A stretch of DNA of 32,060 bases. It comes from a virus. Its lineage: Duplodnaviria > Caudoviricetes. Below, one piece after another: positions 15,872-24,848 of the stretch (positions within the stretch are counted from its first letter, which is position 1; every line of letters starts with the position of its first letter). The stretch covers positions 1 through 32,060 of the IMG/VR virus record IMGVR_UViG_3300030060_008055; one strand, written 5' to 3'. The notes under the pieces were generated by a model. The model made no database searches, was not told the DNA's origin, and saw only the letters and a list, made by a program, of their open reading frames with translations. The position numbers and the translations under genes were made by a program.

Positions 15872-18442
15872 ATGGTAGTTAAAGCAGAAAACGAAGCTGA
15901 TGTTAATGAAAATCTTTATTCAACTCTAAATGAAATTTCACAAGAGTCTAAAGAAATCCAAAGACTTCTAAATTTTGAAAGATTTGGATTATTAGATGAT
16001 GATACACAAGCAGCTGTAGACTCTGAGAGAAAAAATGGAAGAATACCACTACCACTAAAGCCAATATCACAAGAAGAATTTAATGGTATTAAAAGTTTTT
16101 ATGGATCATTTATTGGTAAAAGATACGCTGAAAATGATTTTGATTTTGCAAAAATACATTTTGCAACAGAAAAAGCTGGTAATTTTTTTACAAATAAAGA
16201 TGTTCAAAAAGAAATAGCGGCAATAGCTGGCGGCATTATCTTACCTACTTTTTTACCGTATGTTGGTCAAGCAACTCTACCAGCAAGGATTGCAGCTTTT
16301 GTAGCAAAATATCCAAGATACACTAAAACATTTGCAGCATTTGTCGGTGGAGCTGGAGGCTCTAGTGCATTTGGGGCGGATTATTTAGAGGCTTTGGGTT
16401 ATGGTGCTAGGGAGGCAGCTGGAGAGGGTGCTTTTCAAATATTTCATAAATATTTTCCGAGTTTAAGAAAAATATTTCAAGGAGACAAAGGTAAGGCCAT
16501 AGAGGACAATGCACAAATAGCTCTTAAAATAGCTCAAGAAGCTGGTACTACTATTACACCAGCTAAATTATCATCATCTCGAACAATAGATATGTTGGAA
16601 CAAATTGCCAATATTTCACTAGTTGGTGGTGCTAGAATGCAAAGACAAGGAATACAAACTCAAGAAAAAATAATCGAGTCAATGTTAAAGTATTTAAGCA
16701 AAGAATTTACTGAAGGTGGTGTAATGAAGGGTTCAGATGAATTTACTGCAAACATGGTAAGAAATTTTATGAAACGAGCTACGCAAGAAAATGTAGATGA
16801 TTTAATTAAGAATTTTTTACTTAAAGGTAGTGATTTTTATGATGAAGCCATTGAAGCTGCATACAAAAATGTTGGTAAAACAGTTAAAGGTGTTTCTGGT
16901 ATTACTAAAGTAATAGACATATCTGATTTAAAAACTGTACTACAAAATCAAAAGAAAACTGTTTTTGGTAGAGGCACTGGCAATAGACCAATTGAGGTTA
17001 ATGATGTTAATTTAAATGCTTTAGAAAAATACATCAATAGTCTTCCAGACAGAGTTGACATAGTAACAGCAAACAAGATTAGATCGAAACTTTTAGGTGA
17101 TACTGGAATTTACACCACTGGAGTTGCTCAAAGCAATCAAGTTAAACTTATCTCTGGAGCTATGTTTGATGCGATGAATAAAAACATAGATAATTCTATG
17201 CAAACTTTAATTCAATCAGGTAAATATTCAAAAGAACAAATAAAGCTGATTAAAGATGCTTATGCAAAAGCTAATGGTCTTTTTAAAGAAGGTGCTGAAT
17301 CTTTTAATTCAGATTTTATAACAACTTTGTTAACAGCAGAATCATCTGGGTTTACAAAAAAAGGCTTAGATATTTCTGATGCTTTTTATAAAAATTTTGT
17401 GCAAGCTGGTAAGCCAGCAAGAATAGATGCTTTTTATAAATTAATTGATGACGCTGTAGCAAAAAAAGTTTTAACAAGAGAGGGTGGAGATTTAATTGCT
17501 AAAAAAATACAAGGTAACTTTATTTCAGGGGTTTTAGCTAATAACACCGATGCAACAACTGGTTTTATAAATGCAAAAAATGTTTTAAATGAAATAAGTA
17601 ATTTTAGAGGTAAGGGAAAAAATATTATGCCTGCACTTTTTAGAGGCAGACAAGGTGCGGCGGCTTTACAAAATTTTGAAAATTATTTGAAAGCTTTAAA
17701 CGTAGCTCAACAAAAAGGTATTGAAACTGGTGCTGGAACCCTATTCTTACAAGCTGGTCAGTTTGGTTCGGCATTAGGTTTTTTGACATTAGGTGGTGGA
17801 GATCCTGGAACTGTAGCAACATCTGCTTTAATTTTAGGTGGGCCAGCAGTAATATCTAGAGCTTTTACCAATCCAAAATTTGTTAATAGTTTAATGAATT
17901 TAAATTTTGCTCGATCAGCTGGTGAGGGAAAATTTAGTGGTTTGGTGCAAAGATCTTTACTCAATATTATGGAGGAAGGAGTAAAGGAAGGTTATTTTGA
18001 GCCTTTTCAAGCAAAGAATGTTGCTACTGAATTAAATGTAGAGGGTTTAATATCTGAAAGTGATCTAGAAGGTTTAAGCTTTATGGATGCTCAACCTAAC
18101 AAATTAGACAGTGAAGTTGATCAAGATAAAAAAGACAGCACCGAAGAATTATTAAATTCAATACAAAACGATACTACAACAACTGGTGACGAAGAATCAT
18201 TAATAGAAATAAATTTAGACGACACTACAACCTTACCAGATCCTAGTTCATCATTAGTAACTGATATTATACAACCAGTTTCTGCTTTACCAACAACTCA
18301 AAGCACGCCTGGTCCTGTGGGTTCTGGAATAAATCCACAAACTCAACAAAGGTTAGAATCTGTTGGCTTGCCATTGTTCGCCGCACACGGTGGAATTGCA
18401 AGTTTAATGAACAGAAAGAAACCTAAACAAATGGTGGTGTAA
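15872..18442 (+). CDS. Large putative internal virion protein (856 aa)
   Basis: Helical, with Gly/Ala-rich hydrophobic segments near both ends and a C-terminal AAHGGIASL. GGGG RBS. Operon context. Confidence 0.55.
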   Translation: MVVKAENEADVNENLYSTLNEISQESKEIQRLLNFERFGLLDDDTQAAVDSERKNGRIPLPLKPISQEEFNGIKSFYGSFIGKRYAENDFDFAKIHFATEKAGNFFTNKDVQKEIAAIAGGIILPTFLPYVGQATLPARIAAFVAKYPRYTKTFAAFVGGAGGSSAFGADYLEALGYGAREAAGEGAFQIFHKYFPSLRKIFQGDKGKAIEDNAQIALKIAQEAGTTITPAKLSSSRTIDMLEQIANISLVGGARMQRQGIQTQEKIIESMLKYLSKEFTEGGVMKGSDEFTANMVRNFMKRATQENVDDLIKNFLLKGSDFYDEAIEAAYKNVGKTVKGVSGITKVIDISDLKTVLQNQKKTVFGRGTGNRPIEVNDVNLNALEKYINSLPDRVDIVTANKIRSKLLGDTGIYTTGVAQSNQVKLISGAMFDAMNKNIDNSMQTLIQSGKYSKEQIKLIKDAYAKANGLFKEGAESFNSDFITTLLTAESSGFTKKGLDISDAFYKNFVQAGKPARIDAFYKLIDDAVAKKVLTREGGDLIAKKIQGNFISGVLANNTDATTGFINAKNVLNEISNFRGKGKNIMPALFRGRQGAAALQNFENYLKALNVAQQKGIETGAGTLFLQAGQFGSALGFLTLGGGDPGTVATSALILGGPAVISRAFTNPKFVNSLMNLNFARSAGEGKFSGLVQRSLLNIMEEGVKEGYFEPFQAKNVATELNVEGLISESDLEGLSFMDAQPNKLDSEVDQDKKDSTEELLNSIQNDTTTTGDEESLIEINLDDTTTLPDPSSSLVTDIIQPVSALPTTQSTPGPVGSGINPQTQQRLESVGLPLFAAHGGIASLMNRKKPKQMVV

Positions 18443-18443
18443 C

Positions 18444-19652
18444 ATGCCTCACGCTCCGGGTCACGGTGGGGATTTTGGTAGACAATATTCTCAACAAATA
18501 ATTAATACTCCTTCAAGAAGAGTTGGTTTAGAAAATACAAAAGCTTATCAACAAATAGTGCAAGAGCGAAATCAATCTAATGCAGAGCAACAACTAGATC
18601 AAATTGTTGCGAGTAAAGGTCAAGAAGGTTTTAGAACAGATAAACCAGATTTAAATAGAAATTTTGGAAAAAGAACTGGTAAGTTTAATCATATTAGAGA
18701 TAAAATGTTAGAAGATGGATATGAGTCTTTATCACAAGCTGAAAAAGCTATTGCAGATTTTTATTTGTCATCAACACCAAATGAATATCAAGGTAAAATA
18801 GATGAATTCATTAAAGCCTCTCCTGAAAACAGAGCTGCTTATAAGAAAAAATTTCCAATTACGGCAACTTTAAATTTATTAGCGACAGAATTACCAGAAA
18901 AAATAGCTGAAAAAACAATGATAGGTAATTTTTTATCTGGTATGGTTAACGCTAAAAACAAAGTTGTAGACACCACTTTAGATTTTTTTAACATTGATAG
19001 AAAAGAAGAAGAGTTGCCATACACACCAGGCGAACCTTATGATCCAAATCTATTTATAAATCCTAATTTTAGAGACCCAATTGTGGATATGGTTAGTGCT
19101 GATTCAACTAATATTGAAGAAATAAAAGATACAAAAGACAAAACTAAACAAAGAATTAACATGAATAATTTAGACGAAACTTATAACATTGAGAGCGGAA
19201 TGCTGCTAAATAATTTTAGAAATGTTATGAATAAAGGCATAGCAAACGTATCCGCATTACCTCCAAATTTTGCTGAGACTTTTGAAAAACTTAAAGATAC
19301 TAATCAACTAACATCTGGAGATATATTAAAAGCTCAAAGTCTTTTAAAAGACATTGTTCCTATTAATAATCAAACAAATAATCAATCTGGAATAATAAAT
19401 GCTTTACCAAGTGAAACTGATTTAGCTTTAGGTATAAATTTAATGCCAACTTTAGAAGATTTACAAAATAACCAAGCTGTGAACACAATGCAAAATGTTT
19501 ATAGAAGATTATCAGACGATCAAGGTTTAGATATTGACTTAAAAAATAGATCTTTGCAATTTAATCAACCAATGTTTGGTGGTAATTTAAGTTTAACAGG
19601 CAATCTAGGTGATAATGCTGGCGCTAGTTTAATGTTTTCAAAAGCAATATGA
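18444..19652 (+). CDS. Hypothetical protein, probably virion-associated (402 aa)
   Basis: Long ORF coupled to both neighbours. GGTGG RBS. Confidence 0.6.
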   Translation: MPHAPGHGGDFGRQYSQQIINTPSRRVGLENTKAYQQIVQERNQSNAEQQLDQIVASKGQEGFRTDKPDLNRNFGKRTGKFNHIRDKMLEDGYESLSQAEKAIADFYLSSTPNEYQGKIDEFIKASPENRAAYKKKFPITATLNLLATELPEKIAEKTMIGNFLSGMVNAKNKVVDTTLDFFNIDRKEEELPYTPGEPYDPNLFINPNFRDPIVDMVSADSTNIEEIKDTKDKTKQRINMNNLDETYNIESGMLLNNFRNVMNKGIANVSALPPNFAETFEKLKDTNQLTSGDILKAQSLLKDIVPINNQTNNQSGIINALPSETDLALGINLMPTLEDLQNNQAVNTMQNVYRRLSDDQGLDIDLKNRSLQFNQPMFGGNLSLTGNLGDNAGASLMFSKAI

Positions 19653-20353
19653 TTACTAGACCTATATACCAAAATCCTTTAGCTGGTGGTCAAAAAATTT
19701 TAGTGCCTAACCCTAGCGCTGTAACACCAAGAGGCGGTACAGAAATGATTGATCCGATCATGCAGGGATTTCAAGATTCTGAGTTTCGTAAAAACGCTAA
19801 CATGATGCAACAAGATGCAGTGAATTTTAAATACAAGGGCCGAGATATGATGATGAATAGTTCTATGGCGGGAGCTTTTAAACAGTATTTAGACTCAATT
19901 GGTCAAGGGGATTTGTTTGAGTCAGAGGTTTTAAGTGCTGGTCCTTTAAAACAAGTAGAAATAGGTGATCAATTAAATCCATTAAACCCAGTGCCTGGTT
20001 ACCAGCAAGCAACACCAAGTACGCCTAATACTGAATCTTTTTCTCAAACTGTTAAACCTCCATTATTAGACGGCACTAAAGGATTTCCTATAACTGTTTC
20101 TGGACCAGAAACTATTGCTAGTGTAAATCCTTTTGAGGAACAATTTATAGGTTTTCAAAATCAATTGACTGGTTTTGGCGATCAATTTACTAGTTTAAAT
20201 GATAGACTCACAAAAATAGAAGAGGGTATATCAAGTTTGTTGGGTAATAGAGGTCAAGGTGTAAACTTAGGTTTTAGTCCTATGCAGAATTTTGGTATGG
20301 GTCTTGGATCGTTGTTTTCACCATACGGAGGATTTTATGGACAAAGATTTTAA
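19649..20353 (+). CDS. Hypothetical protein with C-terminal heptad coiled coil (234 aa)
   Basis: ATGA overlap with the upstream gene. Pro/Gln/Met-rich, with heptads QFIGFQN-QLTGFGD-QFTSLND-RLTKIEE. Confidence 0.6.
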   Translation: MITRPIYQNPLAGGQKILVPNPSAVTPRGGTEMIDPIMQGFQDSEFRKNANMMQQDAVNFKYKGRDMMMNSSMAGAFKQYLDSIGQGDLFESEVLSAGPLKQVEIGDQLNPLNPVPGYQQATPSTPNTESFSQTVKPPLLDGTKGFPITVSGPETIASVNPFEEQFIGFQNQLTGFGDQFTSLNDRLTKIEEGISSLLGNRGQGVNLGFSPMQNFGMGLGSLFSPYGGFYGQRF

Positions 20354-20546
20354 TTTAAGAAATCTTGTTTGGTTCGGCATAATACTCGTGTCCGCAGGTA
20401 TATCCTACGGTATGGTTTCCCAGAAAATAGAGGCTCTAGAAACAAAGCAACTATTATTAGAAAAGGCAATAATGCAAGACATACCAGAGATAAAAGAACG
20501 AGTAATACGACTCGAAATATTATTAGAACGAGCTCTTGAAGATTAA
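20337..20546 (+). CDS. Small membrane protein (69 aa), holin-like candidate
   Basis: GGAGG at 20327-20331 and ATG at 20337. One hydrophobic helix (LVWFGIILVSAGISYGMV) followed by a coiled coil. Last gene of the operon. Confidence 0.55.
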   Translation: MDKDFNLRNLVWFGIILVSAGISYGMVSQKIEALETKQLLLEKAIMQDIPEIKERVIRLEILLERALED

Positions 20547-20692
20547 TCATATCGCTTATACCTTTTTACTAATATCTTTTTTACTCTTTCCCAATCATTC
20601 CTCACCTTAAATTCTTCTAAAGTTCTTGGATCTCTCCTAGCTTTCTTGCCTAATCTTTCAGCACAAGCTATTATTTTTGCTTCTAAATTCAT
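20543..20692 (-). CDS. Small basic protein (49 aa), not in ORF track
   Basis: AAAGGA RBS, ATG at 20692. Translation MNLEAKIIACAERLGKKARRDPRTLEEFKVRNDWERVKKILVKRYKRYD*. Confidence 0.7.
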   Translation of the reverse strand: MNLEAKIIACAERLGKKARRDPRTLEEFKVRNDWERVKKILVKRYKRYD

Positions 20693-20735
20693 TATTATTC
20701 CTTTCTTTTTTTAAAAAGCAATATGACTATCTTGG

Positions 20736-21179
20736 TTAAAATAATGATATACTAAATATATCTTTGTTTGAATCGTTGTATTTTACGTCAACAATATTAA
20801 GAGAGGAGTTTTCAACATTTTCTATCTCTCTCTTTGTATTTTCAATATTATTTTTAGATTTTTCAATCTGTCTATTTAATTTTTCTAATCGCCATTTTTT
20901 AAATTCGATTATAGCCATTTTTTTAGCGAAATTTAAGTCATCAAAAATAAGATTTGGCTTATATTTTTGCCAAATTTTTTGTGTCTTAACTTTTTTACCA
21001 CCAACTGTGCCAAGTTCTCGTTTACGTTTTATTAGTAAATCTTTTTGTCTTTTATAAACTCCGTAACAATTTACTAATTCAACAATTGGATACTTGTCAT
21101 TATAAAATTCAATATGATATAATTTTTTTGGTGAATTAAAATCGTGTCGAACATTTTTTTTAACGTCTAAAGTGGACAT
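20736..21179 (-). CDS. Hypothetical basic protein (147 aa)
   Basis: AAAGGAG RBS places the start at ATG 21179 rather than 21209. C-terminal coiled coil. Confidence 0.65.
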   Translation of the reverse strand: MSTLDVKKNVRHDFNSPKKLYHIEFYNDKYPIVELVNCYGVYKRQKDLLIKRKRELGTVGGKKVKTQKIWQKYKPNLIFDDLNFAKKMAIIEFKKWRLEKLNRQIEKSKNNIENTKREIENVENSSLNIVDVKYNDSNKDIFSISLF

Positions 21180-21260
21180 AATTTCTCCTTTATGTAGATT
21201 GATAGTCATATTAACTTTTTAAAGAACAAATTAATTTTTTTAAATTAATTACTATGTCAT

Positions 21261-21290
21261 ATTATATTATATAATATTATAGTCAAGCAA
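21261..21290 (-). promoter_or_regulatory. Putative sigma70-like promoter in an AT-only palindromic tract
   Basis: Minus strand reads TTGCTTGACTATAATATTATATAATATAAT, i.e. TTGCTT-18-TATAAT with several overlapping TATAAT boxes. Confidence 0.45.
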
Positions 21291-21312
21291 TTTCGTTTTT
21301 ACCGCAGAAAAC

Positions 21313-23163
21313 CTAGGTTGCCTCTCCCCAAGATTTTCCTAAATCACAATCAACTTTACTTGGAACAGATAATTCTATAGCGTTTTCCATAACAGAAATA
21401 ATTTTATTTTTTGTTTCATCACTGCCATCAAAACTTAAAGTTAGTTCATCATGAATTTGTATTAAAGGAGTCATGCCTTCTTTAAATAAATTTATCATTG
21501 CTTGTTTTGTTTGATCCGCAGCTGAACCTTGAATTAATCTATTTAACGCTTTGTAAGTTCCAGCTCTTTTTAAATGATGATGTTTTCCATATTTTAATTT
21601 TGCTTGGTCTTTTGGTAATGCTTTAAAAACTCCAAAAGTAGTGGGCTCCCATAACTCAAAACGACAATTTCTACCTTTTAAAGTTTTGACATAACCTTCT
21701 TGATTTGCATAATTAGAAACTTGTGAAGCTAAGTCTTTGATAAATGGTACTTTTTTATTATATTCTTTTAATATTTCTTTAGCTATTTCTTTTTCAACTT
21801 GCAGCTCATTTGATAATTTATTTACGCCCATACCATAAAACAAACCTAAGTTTATTGTCTTTGCTTGAGATCTTTCTATATTAGCTATGTCTGCAACCAT
21901 GATGTGAAAATCTGCATCTGGATTTTTATTATATTCATCTACAATTTTTTGCGATCCCTCACATCCAAGTTTATGTGCATAATGAGACGCTATTCGTGGT
22001 TCTTGTTGCGAATAGTCAAAACTACCCCACGTTTCATTTTCTTCTGGTAAAAATAATCCTCTAATTTGTTTTTTTATTTCTGGGTTTCTTGCAGGTAATT
22101 GTTGTAGATTAGGGTTACTATAACTTAATCTTCCAGAAACGGTGCCAGATTCTCCATCACGCATTTGATGTATGCTTGCATGAATTCTACCTGTTTTTCC
22201 ATGTTTTAAAATTGTGTCTAAAAAAGTAGATTGAACTTTATTGTATTCTCTAGCTGATTGAATTTTTTTTGCTATTGGATGTTTATGATTTATTAAAAAG
22301 TCTTTTGTAAAGCTAGGTGAGTTTGTTTTTTCTGTTCTTGGATATTTTATCTTTAATTTATCAAAAACTTTAGCTACACTTGCTGCAGCCCAAATATCTA
22401 CAGCGATGCCTGTATCAATTAATATTTCATCAAGAATCTTTTTTTCTGTATTTTTAAAAGTTTTTTTAAAACGATTTGCTCTCTCAATATCAACTCTTAC
22501 ACCCTTTTTTATCATTTCAAAAATAACTGGTAACAAATCCATTTCAAGTTTTGCAACAGAACTAAGGCTTTCTTTTTCAATAATTGTTTTCATGTGATTG
22601 AATAATCTAAGAGTTAAATCTGCATCTTGTTCAGCATATGGCCCCACATAAATAGCTGGTAATTTGTACATTTCATTTTTTGGATCAACTCCAAATTCAG
22701 CTGCAGCAGATTTTAATAATGTTTCATCTTTGTATTCATTAAGCATATCTTTACCAACAGCTGCTAAAGAATATGAAAATTTATTTTCATTAATTATTGG
22801 CGCTAAAATCATGGTGTCTATTATTCTACCTTTTACATCTATTCCTTCAGCATAAAGCCAACCTAAATCATAAAGAGCATTATGCATGACCTTTGTTGAG
22901 TCTAATTGCATTAATTTTTTAAACCAATTTAAAACTCTTTTTCTATCCCAATTAAAACCATTTTCATGTCTAATAGGAAAATATCCTTTCCAACCCTCTA
23001 CGGCCACTGCAATACCAATTACATGACCATTTTTAGTAGGCCAACCTGGTCCAGAATATTTTAATTGCGGATCATAAGTTTCTAAATCAACAGCTATGAC
23101 TTTTTTATCAGAAAGATCTGGTAATTCATGTGGTGGCACCCATTCTGACTGTGTAAATTTCAT
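21313..23163 (-). CDS. polA: DNA polymerase family A (3'-5' exonuclease plus polymerase domains)
   Basis: Exonuclease motifs AVDLET, HNALYDL and YAEQD. GTVSGRLSYSNPNLQQLP. Motif A FDYSQQEPRI, motif B RSQAKTINLGLFYG, motif C IHDEL. ATG 23163 is the likelier start because a separate ORF occupies 23174-23344. Confidence 0.95.
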   Translation of the reverse strand: MKFTQSEWVPPHELPDLSDKKVIAVDLETYDPQLKYSGPGWPTKNGHVIGIAVAVEGWKGYFPIRHENGFNWDRKRVLNWFKKLMQLDSTKVMHNALYDLGWLYAEGIDVKGRIIDTMILAPIINENKFSYSLAAVGKDMLNEYKDETLLKSAAAEFGVDPKNEMYKLPAIYVGPYAEQDADLTLRLFNHMKTIIEKESLSSVAKLEMDLLPVIFEMIKKGVRVDIERANRFKKTFKNTEKKILDEILIDTGIAVDIWAAASVAKVFDKLKIKYPRTEKTNSPSFTKDFLINHKHPIAKKIQSAREYNKVQSTFLDTILKHGKTGRIHASIHQMRDGESGTVSGRLSYSNPNLQQLPARNPEIKKQIRGLFLPEENETWGSFDYSQQEPRIASHYAHKLGCEGSQKIVDEYNKNPDADFHIMVADIANIERSQAKTINLGLFYGMGVNKLSNELQVEKEIAKEILKEYNKKVPFIKDLASQVSNYANQEGYVKTLKGRNCRFELWEPTTFGVFKALPKDQAKLKYGKHHHLKRAGTYKALNRLIQGSAADQTKQAMINLFKEGMTPLIQIHDELTLSFDGSDETKNKIISVMENAIELSVPSKVDCDLGKSWGEAT

Positions 23164-23173
23164 CAATCCTAAA

Positions 23174-23344
23174 TTATTTTCCACTTTTCCTATTCCTTTC
23201 ACATTGTTTATTAGCTTTTTTAACCCAATCTAAATCAAAACCCCACTCTTTTACTAATAACTTTTCAATTTTTTTGTCATTTTCTTTAAAAAAGTTATCT
23301 AAATCTTTTTTCATTTTTTGTTGTTTAGTTAATTTCGTTGCCAT
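23174..23344 (-). CDS. Small Lys-rich protein (56 aa; alternative start 23314), not in ORF track
   Basis: Translation MATKLTKQQKMKKDLDNFFKENDKKIEKLLVKEWGFDLDWVKKANKQCERNRKSGK*. Fills the gap between helicase and polymerase. Confidence 0.55.
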   Translation of the reverse strand: MATKLTKQQKMKKDLDNFFKENDKKIEKLLVKEWGFDLDWVKKANKQCERNRKSGK

Positions 23345-24848
23345 AAATTCTGTAACCTAATTTTTTTTGTGGTTCAATAATGTGTAAATTATGTTTAGCT
23401 CTAGTAACGGCTACATAAAAAACTCTATGTTCATCGTCTGGATTTTTTAAATAAGATTTGTAAACTAATGGACCTAGATCTGTTAAAACTACAACATTAT
23501 CACACTCGCCACCTTTAGCCATGTGTATTGTTGATACTTTTATTCTAGGATCGCCATCTATTTTTTCTCCAATCTTCTCTAATCTACGAATGTAAGTAAG
23601 ATCTCGTCCATCAACATTATCTAATACATCATACCAATCACCATCTGATAACAAACCATGATTTTGTTTTAAATTTTTCATAGTGAACATGTCATCATCA
23701 CTTGTGTTTTTTAATTGTTTAAAACCTCTTTTGATACCAATTGAACTTTCTTTAGTTTGAGATTTAATTTTTGAATATAAATTTTTTGCAGATTTTAAAT
23801 TAATTTGTTGACCAGATTTTAATCTCTTCCATGTTAAAATAGCATCAATAATAGATTGTGCCACTGGTCTTTTATCACCTTGTCCAAACCAATAACCTTG
23901 TTCTAAGAAAAAATTTTCAATAATATCTTTTCTTATCTTTTTTGTTCTTCCTAAAACAAGCCAATTACCTTTAGAAAAATCTATGTGTTTTAAACTAGCA
24001 TGTCTATAAACTTTACCGTCCTCATCTTTAGGGCTCCATTGTTTATTTCTTCTATTTTTTACTTTTGTAATAATAAAGTTTGCTAATCTATGAACTCTTT
24101 TAGGGCACCTATAAGATTTATCTAAGACTGTTACATTACCTTTTAAATTTATAAATCGGTCAACATCTGCACCAGACCATCTAAAAATAGCTTGATCATC
24201 ATCCCCAGCAATAAAAGTTTCTTTACTATTACTAATTAATTTTTCTACCATATCATATTGAATTGGTGGCATATCTTGTGCTTCATCAATAAATAAAACA
24301 TCAAAATTAGTTACGTAGCTGTCTTTTGTATAATCAACAATCATGTCTGTAAAATCAAATAATTCATTTTCTTTTTTAAATTCATTAATACACCTATTAA
24401 GGTAATCTAATTTACTCCAATTAATTGTTTGACTAGATACGTTCCAAGCTTCTTTCAAAGAAATGTTTTTTAATCTAGCTATGTTGATTAAGTTTATGTA
24501 AGGATGATTTGTATTAGAATAAATAGATTCAGCTGTACTATCTAAAACTAAATCAAATCCAATAATTGAAGATAACAATTTCCAGTGTTTTGTTTTCATT
24601 AAATTATTTTCGTCAACTGGTAAATGTCGAAGAGCAAAACTATGCAATGTTCTAAAATGAACTAAGTCATCTTTACTAGCTTGAAATTTTTCTCCAGCTC
24701 TATCTCTAGCTTCATAAGCAGCTTTTTTTGAAAATGAAAAAAATCCAATTTTGTCCCAAGAAATACCTTGCTCTTTTTTTTCTTGGCAAATGTTTAAAAG
24801 TTTAGTGGTTTTACCTGTACCTGGTGGTCCTAAAATAATATTAATCAA
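23325..24848 (-). CDS. Superfamily 1 (UvrD/Rep-like) DNA helicase
   Basis: Walker A GPPGTGKTT, RTLHS, Walker B FIDEAQD, GDDDQAIFRW.GA, STIH.AKG.E and YVAVTRAK. Confidence 0.92.
   Translation of the reverse strand: MINIILGPPGTGKTTKLLNICQEKKEQGISWDKIGFFSFSKKAAYEARDRAGEKFQASKDDLVHFRTLHSFALRHLPVDENNLMKTKHWKLLSSIIGFDLVLDSTAESIYSNTNHPYINLINIARLKNISLKEAWNVSSQTINWSKLDYLNRCINEFKKENELFDFTDMIVDYTKDSYVTNFDVLFIDEAQDMPPIQYDMVEKLISNSKETFIAGDDDQAIFRWSGADVDRFINLKGNVTVLDKSYRCPKRVHRLANFIITKVKNRRNKQWSPKDEDGKVYRHASLKHIDFSKGNWLVLGRTKKIRKDIIENFFLEQGYWFGQGDKRPVAQSIIDAILTWKRLKSGQQINLKSAKNLYSKIKSQTKESSIGIKRGFKQLKNTSDDDMFTMKNLKQNHGLLSDGDWYDVLDNVDGRDLTYIRRLEKIGEKIDGDPRIKVSTIHMAKGGECDNVVVLTDLGPLVYKSYLKNPDDEHRVFYVAVTRAKHNLHIIEPQKKLGYRIYGNEIN

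Noticed and set aside
9168-20550. ORFs 9168-9392(+), 10905-11150, 13156-13392, 17640-17822, 17758-17964, 18839-19024 and 20350-20550(-)
   Set aside because: All lie antisense to longer genes with coherent products.
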